NCBI GenBank assembly: GCA_030390025.1 | Contig: CM059449.1 | Coordinates: 13,826,001 to 13,890,000 of the forward strand | Length of the DNA stretch: 64,000 nt | Direction of reading: 5' to 3' | Source: Squalus acanthias | Taxonomy: Eukaryota | Part shown: positions 1-11,155 of the stretch, one piece after another | Layout of the letters: every line of letters begins with the position of its first letter | Position numbering within the stretch: the first letter of the stretch is position 1 | Translations under genes and position numbers: made by a program | The notes under the pieces: model-generated | Told to the model about the DNA's origin: nothing | Databases searched by the model: none | What the model saw: the letters and a program-made list of their open reading frames with translations, nothing else

Positions 1-355
1 GCACTAGCAATGCCCCCACCCCGCGAGGATATTGGTACCGGTCTTGTTGAGGTGCAACCCTTCCGGCTTGTACAAGTCCCACCTCCCCTAAAAACGGTCC
101 CAATGCCTCAGGAATCTCAAGCCCTCCCTCTTGCGCCATCTTTCCAGCCATGCATTCATCTGCTCTATCCTCCTATTCCTGTACTCACTAGCACGTGGCA
201 CCGGGAGTAATCCGGAGATTACGACCTTTGAGGCCCTGCTTTTTAATCGCTTTCCTAGCTCCCTAAAATCTGCCTGCAGGACCTCGTCCCTCTTTCTATG
301 TCGTTGGTACCAATATGGACCACGACCTCTGACTGTTCTCCCTCCCCCCTCAGAA
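1..355 (-). mobile_element. CR1 LINE ORF1 (SGNH esterase-like) fragment
   Basis: KRDEVLQADFRELGKRLKSR.SKVVISGLLPVPRAS..RNRRIEQMNAWLERW. Confidence 0.85.
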
Positions 356-586
356 TGGCTTATATTGGATGTTTGCAGTAACTTCGTGTTCCACTTTTTC
401 AGACCATAACCTCTGCCAGTATTTCCAGCATTTTCTGTTTTAATGCCAAAATGTCTTATTTCTCCGTACATTTTCTAAATTTATAAGAATGCCACGTAAA
501 TAATTCACTTGAATACCTGTGTTGCAATAATTCTATAAGAAAGCCATACTGTGCTTTGTGCCCAAGCGTGGCGAATGCATACCGTA

Positions 587-659
587 GCCCCAGTGGCCTA
601 ATGGCTAAGGCACTAGCCTCCTAAACCAAGGATTCGGGGTACGAGTCCCAGCTGGGGTG
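587..659 (+). pseudogene. tRNA-Arg(CCT) pseudogene
   Basis: Clear homology, but the anticodon stem is broken (CTAGC/ACCAA) and the B box is mutated (GTACGA). Confidence 0.85.
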
Positions 660-784
660 TGAAATTTTAGTGTAAGCTGTGGATCAATGGGTCACACTCT
701 CACCTCTGGGTCAGAAGGCTGTTGGTCCCACACCAGAAACTTGAGCACAAAAATCTCAGCAGCAGATTCAGAGATTCAGAGTTT

Positions 785-3050
785 CATCGGGACAAGAGTC
801 AGCCTTTCAGCCCATCGAGCCTGTTCCACCATTCAATGAGATCGTGGCTGATCTGCGACCGAACTCCATATACCCACCTTTGGCCCATATCCCTTAATAC
901 CTTGGTTAACAAAAATCTATCAATCTCTGATTTAAAATTAACAATTGAAACCAGCATCAATTGCCGTTTGCGGAAGAGAGTTCCAAACTTCTAACACCCT
1001 TTGTCTGTAGAAGTGTTTCCTAATTCCACTCCTGAAAGATCCAGATTTCATTTTTAAACTATGCCCCCTAGTCTTAGAATTATTTCCAATAATTTTCCCA
1101 CCACCGAGGTTAAGCTGACTGGCCTGTAATTATTCAGTCTATCCTTTTCTCCCATTTTAAACAATGGTACCACGTTAGCAGCCCTCCAGTCTTCCGGCAC
1201 CACATCTGTAGCCCAAGAGAATTGGAAAATGATGGTCAAAGCGCTATTTCCTCTCTTACTTCTCTTAACATTCTGGGATGCATTTCATCCGGGCCGTGGG
1301 ATTTATCCACTTTCAAAGATGCTAAACCCCTTAACATCTCCTCTCTCACTTTGTTTATTTCATCTAATATTTCACGCTCTTCCTCCCTGATTGAAATTTT
1401 TGCAGTGTCCCTCTCTTTTGTGAAAACAGACACAAATTATTCATTAAGAACCATACCCATGCCTTTCGCCTCCACAAACAGGTTACCTTTATGGTCCCTA
1501 ATAGGCCCTACTCTTACGTTAGTTATCCTCATGCTCTTAATGCATTTGTAAAACATCTTTGGATTTTCCTTGAATTTATTTCCCACTATTTGTTCATGCC
1601 CTCTCTTTGCTTGCATAATTTCCGTTTAAATATCCCCCTGCACTTTCTATACTCCTCTATGGTTTCTGCAGTATTGAGCCTTCGGTATCAGTCATAAGAT
1701 TCCCTTTTTTTCGTTATCCTTCCCTGTATGCCCTTTGACATCCAGGGAGCTCTAGATTTGTTAGTCACACCTTTTTTTTAAGGGGACATTCTTGCTCTGA
1801 ACCCTCACTATCTCCTCCTTGAATGCCTCCCACTGCTCCGACACTGATTTTCCTTCAAGTTTCTGTCTCCAGTCCACTTTGGCTAAATCACATCTCAGCT
1901 TAGTAAAATTAGCTTTTCCCCATTTGAGAACTTTTATTCCTGGTCTATCCTTGTCTTTTTCCATAACTAAGCTAAGTCTAACTGAATTATGCTCTCTCAC
2001 TGATACCCTTTCCACCAGCCCAGCTTCATTCCCTAAAACAAGGTCCAGAACAGGGTTGGGCTTAGGACACTGCCCTGAGGAACTCCTGCAGCGATGTCCT
2101 GGGGCTGTGATGATTGACCTTCAACCACCACAACCATCTTCCTTTGTGCTCGGTATGACTCCAGCCAGTGTAGAGTTTTCCCCCCGATTCCCATTGCCTT
2201 CAGTTTAACTCGGGCACCTTGATGCCAAACCCGGTCAAATGCTGCCTTAATATCAAGGGCAGTCACTCTCACCTCACCTCTGAAATTCAGCTCCTTTGTC
2301 CATGTTTGGACCAAGGCTGTAATGAGGTCGGGAGTCGAGTGGTAATGGTGGAACCCAAACTGGGCATCAGTGAGCAGGTTATTGGTAAGTAAGTGCCACT
2401 TGATAGCACTGTTGATGATACCTTCCATCACTTTGCTGATGATTGAGAGTAGACTGATGGGGCGGTAATTGGCCGGATTGTATTTGTCCTGCTTTTTATG
2501 CACTGGACGTACCTGGGCATTTAGCACAGCCAAACTCCCTTATTGTCTATTTTCTAGCCTTTGTATCCTCTGCTTCCAAACTCGCTTACTAATTTTCTGC
2601 CTTCCATTTCCAGCTTTGCTTCTCTCCCTACTGAATCTACTCTCAGGTTCCCATCTCCCTGGCAAGCTGGTTTAAACCCTCCCCAACAGCACTAGCAATT
2701 ACCCCCAACCCCCGGGAGGATATTGGCCCCAGTCCTGTTAACGTGCAAACCGTGAGGGTTGTACAGGTCCCACCTCCCCCATAAACGGTCCCAATGCCTC
2801 AGGAGTCTAAAGCCCTCCCTCCTGCACCATCTCTCCAGCCACGCATTCTTCTGCTCTATCCTCCTGTTCCTGTTCGCACTAGCACATGGCACCAGGAGTA
2901 ATCTGGAGATTACTACCTTTGAGGTCCTGCTTTTTAATCTCTTTCCTAGCGCCCTAAAATGTGCCTGCAGGACCTCATCCCTCTTTCTACCTATGTCGTT
3001 TGTTCCGATATGGACCACGACCTCTGGCTGTTCACCCTCCCCCCTCAGAA
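785..3050 (-). mobile_element. Internally deleted CR1 (ORF1 + ORF2 5' part + 3' end) containing an RT fragment of a second CR1-clade family at about 2040-2515
   Basis: VHIGTNDIG, KSHGPDEMHPR and NYRPVSLTSVVGKLLE. The inserted piece reads NYRPISLLSIISKVME...LDIKAAFDRVWHQG...GVPQGSVL. Confidence 0.88.
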
Positions 3051-3550
3051 TGGCTTATATTTGATGTTTTCAGTAACTTCCAGTTCAACAGTTTCAGACC
3101 ATAACCTCTGCCAGTATTTCCAGCATTTTCTGTTTTAATGCCAAAATGTCTTATTTGTCCGTACATTTTGTAAATTTATAATAATGCCACGTAAATAATT
3201 CACTTGAATGCCCGTGTTGTACTAATTCTATATTATAAATCCATACTGTGCTTTGTGTCCAGGGGTGGAGAATGTGTTGCATTTTCGCATCTGAAGTGAG
3301 CAGCGAAGTTCCAGAGTTACTGAAAAATTTGCAACGTCAGTGCAGAGGAAGCCGCATTTAACCAGCTCAGCTCGCCCTCCATTCCAGGTTCCTGTGAAAA
3401 AGAGTTTTCGTTGCCTTGCCCTTACTGTCTGCTAAGTCGACAATCGCTCCAGTTACTCTGCCAATGGTTCTGGAGCCTCTTTTCTAACTTTGTTAACTTT
3501 GAACTAGTTGCCCATTTGGTTGCATTTGCCTGCTGCTACCTTCCATTCAG

Positions 3551-4230
3551 ATTACATAGGATTACATAGGATATACGGCACAGAAACAGGCCATTCGGCC
3601 CAACAACTCTATACCGGCGTTGATGCTCCTCACGGGCCTCCTCCCGTTTTTCCTCATCTAAATCTATCAGCGTAACCCTCTATTCCCTTTTCCGTCATAT
3701 GCTTGTCTAGCCTCCCCTTAAATGCATCTATACTATTCGCTTCAACCATTCCCTGTGGTAGCGAGTTCCACATTCTCACCACTCTTTGGGTAAAGAAGTT
3801 TCTTCTGAATTCCCTACTGGATTTCTTGGTGACTATCTTATATTGATGGCCTCTAGTTATGCTCTTCCCCACAAGTGGAAACACTCCCTCTGTAGCCATT
3901 CTATCAACATTTTTCATAATTTTAGAGACCTCTATTAGGTCACCCCTCAGCCTCCTTTTTTCAAGAGAAAAGAGATCCAGCCTGTTCATCCTTTCCTGAT
4001 ATGGATACACTCGCATTTCTGGTATCATCCTTGGGAATCTTCTCTGCACCCTCTCCAGTGCCTCTATATCCTGTTTATAATATGGGGCCAGAACTGCACA
4101 CAGTACTCTAAGTGTGGTCCAACCAAGGTTCGATTATTGTTTAGCATAACTACCCTACTTTTCAATTCTATCTCCCTAGAAATAAACTCTAGTGCTTGGT
4201 TTGCTTTTTATGGCCTGTGTCGCAACTTTG
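3551..4230 (-). mobile_element. CR1 LINE 3' fragment (paralog at about 48931..49615)
   Basis: LFSLEKRRLRGDLIEV...RRNFFTQRVVRMWNSLP, with an octamer-type tail (attacatagg repeats). Confidence 0.88.
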
Positions 4231-4967
4231 AGCAACATTAGCATCACCCGCCTTTGTCCTTTATTGGTGCAACAAAAGTTTCTTGTGGTTACCCACTCCA
4301 CCAACTAGCCAGGAGATATTTAAAAAGTGGATCAGCCCGCCCAAGCCCGTTTAATAGAGGAACTCCAATAATGACAAATAGTCACTGTTACCGATATAAT
4401 TTGGGAACTGGTGGGTCGCTGTCGTGAATTTGGAAGATGGCAATCCAACAGCAAAAGTCAGATTCCTTGTAAAGCAAGGCAGCGAAGTGGACGTGATTTG
4501 TTTCTCGACTCAGCTCCTAGATAGAATTCACGTGCAACCATCGAGTGAATAAATAACTCAAAAATGATGAATTTCGATGTATTTTAATCACGGTGTACAG
4601 GCCGTGTTCAATCTGTGTGCGTTTCCATTGAAGTGGCATGGGCCTCAATAAAATGGGTTTAATGAAGCTACCGTAAACAAACCTATGTTGAGCCGATAAA
4701 CTATAATTCAATATGGGCACCCCAAGGTTATTTATATTGTAGTAATGAGGCTGTGAAGCTGTTTAAAAAAATATGTGAATCTCGTCAAGAACACGAGTTC
4801 AGACTTGCCAGGTGTGGAGACCATTCTGTTCATCTTATGTCTTGTGTTGGTGATTAATGTATACACGCTGAAAAATGTCAAGTGAACATTAATTCATCAT
4901 TCAATGGGGCAAATTGAATTTATAGCGATTGTGTACAATAGACGATATAGAATTTATCGTCTAGAGT

Positions 4968-5395
4968 TCACTAGAGTTTAGAAGAATGAGAGGGGATCTC
5001 ATTGAAACGTATACAATTCTGACAGGGCTAGACAGACTGGATGCAGGGAGGATGTTTCCCCTGGGTGGGGGGTCTAGAACGAGGGGTCACATGTCTCAGG
5101 ATACGGGGTAGGACATTTAGGACTGAGATGAGGAGACATTTCTTCACTCAGAGGGTGGTGAACATGTGGAATTCACTACCACAGAAGGCTGTGGAGGCCA
5201 AGTCACTGGATATATATAAGATGGAGATAGATAGATTTCTAGACAGAAAAGGCATCAAGGGGTATGGGGAGAGAGCGGGAATATGCAATTGAGATAGAGG
5301 ATCAGCCATGATCATATTGAATGGCGGAGCAGGCTCGAAGGGCCGAATGGCCTACTCCTGCTCCTATTTTTCTATGATTTTCTATATTTCTATGT
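4968..5395 (+). mobile_element. CR1 LINE 3' end (paralog at about 51018..51445)
   Basis: RRHFFTQRVVNMWNSLP, the 3' stem-loop and a TTTCTATG-like tail. Confidence 0.88.
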
Positions 5396-6726
5396 CCATT
5401 GTAGGCCCGGACCGATATTCCCTTCCATTGGCTAGTTGACAAGGTTAGGAATCGATTTAATAAAGTTTTTTTTTAACTATGTAGGGTATTGCTAGGGTAA
5501 ATCGCCGTTTGTGGTTTCAGTGGCGAGGGCTGGTCACTTGAAAATTGTCACCAAGAGATGTTGGGAGAAATGTGCTTGTGCGGAAGATTGTTGGAGAGTG
5601 GAGTGCATTGCCACAGGGAGCAGTAGATGCAGACACCATTGCTCGCTGAAATTGTGAATGGAACTTTAGTCAGTGCAGTCATTGTTCGAAGGGGTGCTGG
5701 TAATATTCCCGATGTGCAACTGACTGTAGATTTGAGCAGGGTTCAACCTCTCAAGTTCATTGTAAGCAACCTGATCTCCCAGCATCGAATCCTTTAAAAA
5801 CAGGAAGAAATTTTCATTCATTTAACTTTTCGATCAACTTATTTTAAGTTATTGCAAGATAGCCCGGTAATATATCATTGAACATTTATGTAGAATCTAC
5901 ATCACGCCGATTGTCAGCTTCGTTCCATGAGACAGCTGTTTGTAACTAGAGGACAAAGAGCAAGTAACAGTTAAAATCATGTATTATGTACTTGTAACAA
6001 CAACCTTTACAATTTTGCAAGGGCAGCCTAACGTTCGTGATCAGAATGATGTGAAATATCTATTTATGGGGTAGGTTTTCAACTTGCCTCCCGAGCATTG
6101 GAAAGGATAATTCAGCGGGGAGTATAACGGGTGCCTGATCCATCAACGCCTGTTTTTCACCCCCGCCCAAATTCAATTTCACCTCCTGACACTAGCCTGC
6201 TGTGTGTTTGTAACTTTTTCTTTGGTTCTGTTTGCGAGTTGCATTCTTTTTCTTTTAACTTATGCAGTTATTTATAACTTGGGCTTAGTACACATATGCG
6301 CTGATTAAATTTCCAAGCAGTTGTACTTTTGAAACCCTGCTGACGGCCAATAGCGAATTAATTTGGCCAAGTTAACACTATAAACTGACCAGCATATTAA
6401 CCTGCTGTTGTTTATTAATATTATCCTATAAGTCATTCAGAAAAACACAAAGCCACAGAATTGATTTCATCTGATAATGATGCATTGTGACGTTGGTGTT
6501 ACCTACAAAACCTAGCTGTTTTCTACTTTAAAGTAAGGAATTAAGATGTTATAACTGAAACGTCAAACAAAACATATTCAGGTTTGATAACTCTTTTAAA
6601 TGTTCTGACAGTTGTTATATTCCTCCCTGTAATTTTAGATATCCAGTCCAAACAGTTTTTTTATTTTGTATTTGAAAACTTGGAGAAGAATGAGACAGTA
6701 GAGGAGAGGCTTTTACATGTATAGTA

Positions 6727-6799
6727 ACCCCAGTGGCCTAATGGATAAGGCGCGGGCCTCCTAAGCCAGGGATTCTGGGTTCGAGTTCTAGTTGGGGTG
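6727..6799 (+). tRNA. tRNA-Arg(CCT), degenerate or possible pseudogene
   Basis: CCT anticodon with A and B boxes retained. One anticodon-stem mismatch and several G-T pairs. Confidence 0.7.
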
Positions 6800-7329
6800 A
6801 TGTGAAATTTTAGTGTCAGCCATGGGTCGAGTGAGTCAGAATGTTGTTGCTCCCACTCCAGAAACTTGAGCACAAAACTCTCGGCAGCAGTTTCATAGGT
6901 TCACAAAAACAGGAGTCGGCCTTTCAGCCCCTCGAGTTTCACCATTCAATGAGATCATGGCTGATCTGCGACCTAACTCCATATACCCGCCTTTAGCCCA
7001 TCTCCCTTAATACTTTTGTTTGACAAAAATCTATCAATCTCCGATTTAAAATTAACAATTGATCTAGCATCAATTGTCATTTGCAGAAGAGCGCTCCAAA
7101 CTTCTACCACCCTTTGTGTGTAGAAGTGTTTCCTAACATCACTCCTGAAAGGTCTGGCTCTAATTTTTAGACTAGTCCTAGAATCCCCAGCCAGCGGAGA
7201 TAGTTTCTCTCTATCTACCCTTTCGGTTCCCCTTAATATCCTGAAAACTTCGATCAGATTTTCCCTTAACGTTTTAAATTCTAGGGAATATAATCCTAGT
7301 TTGTGTAATATTCATTGTATTGAAATTTA

Positions 7330-8153
7330 AACAAACTTGCATTTAAAAAGCGCTTTTGACGACCTCGTGACGTCCCAACGCGCTTTACAGACAGTTAAGT
7401 ACTTTTTGATGTGTAGTCACTGTTGTAATGCAAGAAACGCGAAAGCCAATTTTCGCACAACAAGGTCCTACAAATGTGATAATGACTAGATAGATAATCT
7501 GATTTTTTTAGTGATGTTGGTTGAGGGATACATTATTGGCCAGGACACCGGGGAGAACTCCCCTGCTTTTCTTCAAAATAGTGCCATGGGATCTCTAATG
7601 TCCACCTGAGAGGACAGACGCGATCTGGGTTTAACGTCTCATCCGAAAGGCGTTAAACCCATGACTGCAAAATCATGAGGGGTCTGGACAGGGTAGATAG
7701 AGAGAAACTGTTCCCATTGGCAGAAGGGTGGAGAACCAGAGGACACAGATTTAAGGTGATTGGCAAAAAAAACAAAGGCGATGTAAGAAAAACTTTTTTA
7801 CGCAGCGAATGGTTAGGATCTGGAATGCACTGCCTGAAAGGGTGGTGGAGGAAGATTCAATCACGGCTTTCAAAGGGGAGTTGGATAAGTATCTGAAGGA
7901 AAGAAATTTGCAGGGCTGCGGGGAAGGGCGGGGGGAGTGGGACCAGCTGAGGTGCTGTTCCAGAGAGAGCCGACACGGGCTCGACGGGCCGAATGGCCTT
8001 CTCCGTGTTGTAAACATTCTGTGTTTCGACCTCCGACAGCACAGCACTCACTTCACTGAACTGGACCGTCGGCCGAGACATTTTGTGTTCAAGTTTCTGG
8101 AGTGGGGCTGAGAGAGTTACGAGTGCTACAGACTGAGCCACGGGTGACACTAA
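7330..8153 (-). mobile_element. Full-length SacSINE1-like DeuSINE interrupted by a CR1 3' fragment (about 7668-8022, +); paralog at about 53400..54200
   Basis: tRNA-like head gtggctcag..agcactc, Deu-domain ttcggatgagacgttaaacc..gatcccatggcact..ccccggtgtcctggcca, and an L2-like tail aaatgcaagt. Confidence 0.8.
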
Positions 8154-8163
8154 AATGCTATCC

Positions 8164-8237
8164 GACCCCAGATGGGATTCGAACCCACAATTCGCTGGCT
8201 TAGGAGGCCCGTGCTTTATCCATTAGGCCAATGGGGC
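8164..8237 (-). pseudogene. tRNA-Arg(CCT) degenerate copy
   Basis: 74 nt with mismatches in the acceptor, D and anticodon stems. B box GTTCGAATC is intact. Confidence 0.75.
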
Positions 8238-8376
8238 TACTACACGCGCTTGCTCCTTTCCTCTACTATCTCATACTTCTCCAAGTTTTCGAAAATGTGG
8301 AACTTATAATAGCTCCCTCCGTCTTCCCGCAACCTACGGGCTTTTAAAACACAAGGTTGGCCTCATCTAATTATTA

Positions 8377-8576
8377 CGATGGCAAAATACTGCGGATGCT
8401 GGAAAATTGAAACAACAACAGAAAACGCTGGAAAAACTCAGCAGGCTAGGCAACATCCGTGGAGAGAGAAACAGAGTTAACGTTTCGAAGGGTCTTCGAC
8501 CTGAAACGTTGACTCTGTTTCTCTCTCCACGGATGTTGCCTGGCCTGCTGAGTTTTTCCAGCGTTTTCTGTTGTTC
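8377..8576. mobile_element. Fold-back Penelope-end insertion with an 11-bp TSD
   Basis: 73-bp inverted arms at 8414-8486 and 8503-8575. TSD TCTAATTATTA at 8366-8376 and 8577-8587. Empty site in the paralog at about 54416. Confidence 0.85.
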
Positions 8577-9494
8577 TCTAATTATTAGTTGATTTGCCTC
8601 ATCCTGTCCCTTGCTCTTTTTAACCTTGGTTGCTCAGTTAGAAACTAACAAAATTCTCGTACCGCCTGTCCCGTGTCTTCGGTTCTATTGGCTACAATAC
8701 AAGACGGGGGAGAGCTCACAGTTCAACCTGCTACTTAACCTTATAAGAAATACACTTCCTGACATCAGATGAGCGGGGTAGATTTTGGCTTTGGAATAGA
8801 TCTTGACTTTGTGCGGTCGCGGCAAACGGGTGATGTCAATGGAAACCAACATCGGGAGAGATGGAAAGCGGGCTGCCAATTGTGCATCGACATCTTGAAA
8901 GCGTTGGTCAGGGTTATTAGGGGATTCTTAGTCACCTATTCAAAGAATTCTTGGACCATTTTGAAATAAATATTGAACTGAACAACTCCTTATGAGCGTA
9001 TTTCTCCCGTCGAATTCTTAGGATTCTCCGATGATGATTTAAACCGTACAATTACAGGACGCATAGTCAGAAGGGTGACCCATTGACACACACACTTTAC
9101 AAAGGCACATAGTTAGTTTGCCACTGCCGTCTGCTTGCGAGCATTGCGATTACAAGAGACAAAAACCTCTGTGCTTCCCACAGAACAGGAGTTAAATTGA
9201 TTGCTCGGACTATCTGCTTAGTTCTTCCTTCCAAAGATGACCGACTGATGTCAGTATTTATTTGGGGCTCCAAGAAAACACCTTTTTCTAATTAGCAATG
9301 CAGAATACGTATAATTCACGCGTTCATGAGAAGGAAATGATTGTAGACTCGCCTGCTCTGTTTCAGGGCTCCATTGCACCGATATTTACCATAAAATGAA
9401 ATGAAAATTCCGCGAGTTCTATAACCGGCACTCGATCCGCAACGACAGGTTTGTAGCCGGATAGCATGTTGAAATCAACATACATATTATATAT

Positions 9495-9526
9495 ACACAC
9501 ACATACACACACACACACACACACAC
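9495..9526. repeat. (CA)n microsatellite
   Basis: Seen directly. Confidence 0.9.
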
Positions 9527-9568
9527 CAGAATAAAAACAGAATTAGGTTACATGAAAAATCCAGTTAC

Positions 9569-10186
9569 CTATTACTTGCTGTCTGGTTGCATTGCCGTCT
9601 CCCCATCCCTTTCCCATCAAATTCACGCCCGAAAAAGAAAAGATAGACTTGCATTTAAAAAGCGTCTTCCATCTCCTCAAGATGTCCCAAAGCGCTTTAC
9701 AGCCAATGACGCATTTTTGAAGTGTAGTCGCTGTTGAAATGTTGGAAATGCGGCAGACAATTTGCGCACAGCAAGCTCCCACAAACAGCAATGTGATAAT
9801 GACCAGATCATCTGTTGATTTAGTGATGTTGGTCGAGGGATAAATATTGGCACAGGACAGCGGGGAGAACTCCCCTGCTCTTCTTCGAACAGTGGCCCTG
9901 GGATCTTTTAAGTCCACCTGAGAGTCTGAGACTCCGTCAGGTCGAAGATTTTAATGAAAATTCTCACCTTGTTCAATGAACTGATGTCCGAGTTTTCCAG
10001 CCGCCCTTAAGAAATCAGACTTTTGCCCAAATCACCAGCGTTTTTTTCACCTCGTGTCCACGGGACTGCCGATCGGTGAGCCCTATTCCGCCATGATTCA
10101 CGGCGCAGTTCAGTGGCACTGACTCTCCCTCTACTGCACTTGTGAATTCACAAACTGGAATTCGGCGAGACTCACTCTCTGGTCTC
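9569..10186 (-). pseudogene. NCR3-like V pseudo-exon split by a DeuSINE
   Basis: Acceptor ctttatAG|, then AVEGESVPLNCAV, an in-frame stop, and FLKGRLENSDISSLNKVRIFIKIFDLTE. SINE sequence replaces the DxxxYYC region. The J-like end VNLMGKGWGDGNATRQQVI follows with donor G|GTAACT. Confidence 0.82.
9641..9929 (-). mobile_element. DeuSINE 3' half inside the V pseudo-exon (paralog at about 54890..55172)
   Basis: ctctcaggtggac..aagatccc..gaagaagagcaggggagttctcccc...aaatgcaagt. Confidence 0.82.
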
Positions 10187-10618
10187 CTATAAAGTAGAGG
10201 CAGTTTTATTTGGAACCCGATCGTATTGCATTCCAAGTCTATCAAACGATAACCTACAAATTTATAATCATCCCAATATTAGTACAGATAAAGTAAAAGG
10301 TGCGAAATGTTTTGGTTTTCGAGAGTGGCGCCTATATAAAAGTAGTTCCCTTTTAATTGTGTTCACCGGCGAATTTAGTTTGTTGCATTGCTGCAAATGT
10401 TTGAATCTTATTATCGCGCACTGTTACGCTTCTTATTTAGCTGCGGGTGTCTTAGCAGATCACCCCGTCTGTGGCATCCGTAGTTCGGTCGCCTCCGACC
10501 TGACTCAAGGCGCAGTCACAGAGCCTGTGAAGTTTGCGGGCCATTGTGGCAATTAATTAATAAGATCGGGCTAGTCATCCATTTATATGGCCACTTATGG
10601 CGTATTTGTACAGCAGCT

Positions 10619-11155
10619 ATGAAATGCGAAGTGGTATCTATCAGGAAAGAATGAACAGGCTGGGTCACTTTTCTCTTGAAAAACAGAAGGCTGAGGGGTG
10701 ACCTATTATCCTTTTTATAATATGGCGACCAGAACTGTACACAGTACTCTAAGTGTGGTCTAACCAAGCTTCGATACAGGTTTAGCATAACTTCCCTACT
10801 TTTCAATTCTATCCTTCTAGAAATAAACCCAAGTGCTTGGTTTGCTTTTTTTATGGCCTTGCTAACCTGCAACGCGACTTTTAGAGATTTGTGTATTTGT
10901 ACTCCGAGATCCCTTTGTTCCTCTACCCCACCTAGACTCGCAGCCGCCAAGTGATAAGTGACCTCCCTATTCTTCCTACCAAAATGTAATACCTCACGTT
11001 TATCTGTGTTGTACTTCATTTGCAAATTATATGTCCATTCTGCAAGTTTATTAATGTCCTCCTGTAATGTGTTGCAGTCCTCCTCAGTATTGACTATCCC
11101 CACCCAATCTGGTTTCATCTGCAAATTTACAAATTGTGTTTCTGATTCCAAAGTC
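10619..11155. mobile_element. Fused inverted CR1 fragments (+ 10619-10705, - 10706-11155)
   Basis: The minus strand reads LQEDINKL..LGVQIHKSLK..LVRPHLEYCVQFWSPY. The strand switches abruptly at about 10705. Confidence 0.82.

Noticed and set aside
6067-6190. Short MITE-like elements with GGGGTAGATTTT-type ends (also near 8774, 14889, 17491, 52117, 54614)
   Set aside because: The TIRs are too degenerate to fix boundaries by eye, so they are not listed as features.
9110-9215. Possible TM exon of the V pseudogene (minus strand)
   Set aside because: The hydrophobic frame is out of phase with the V donor and the splice acceptor is weak.
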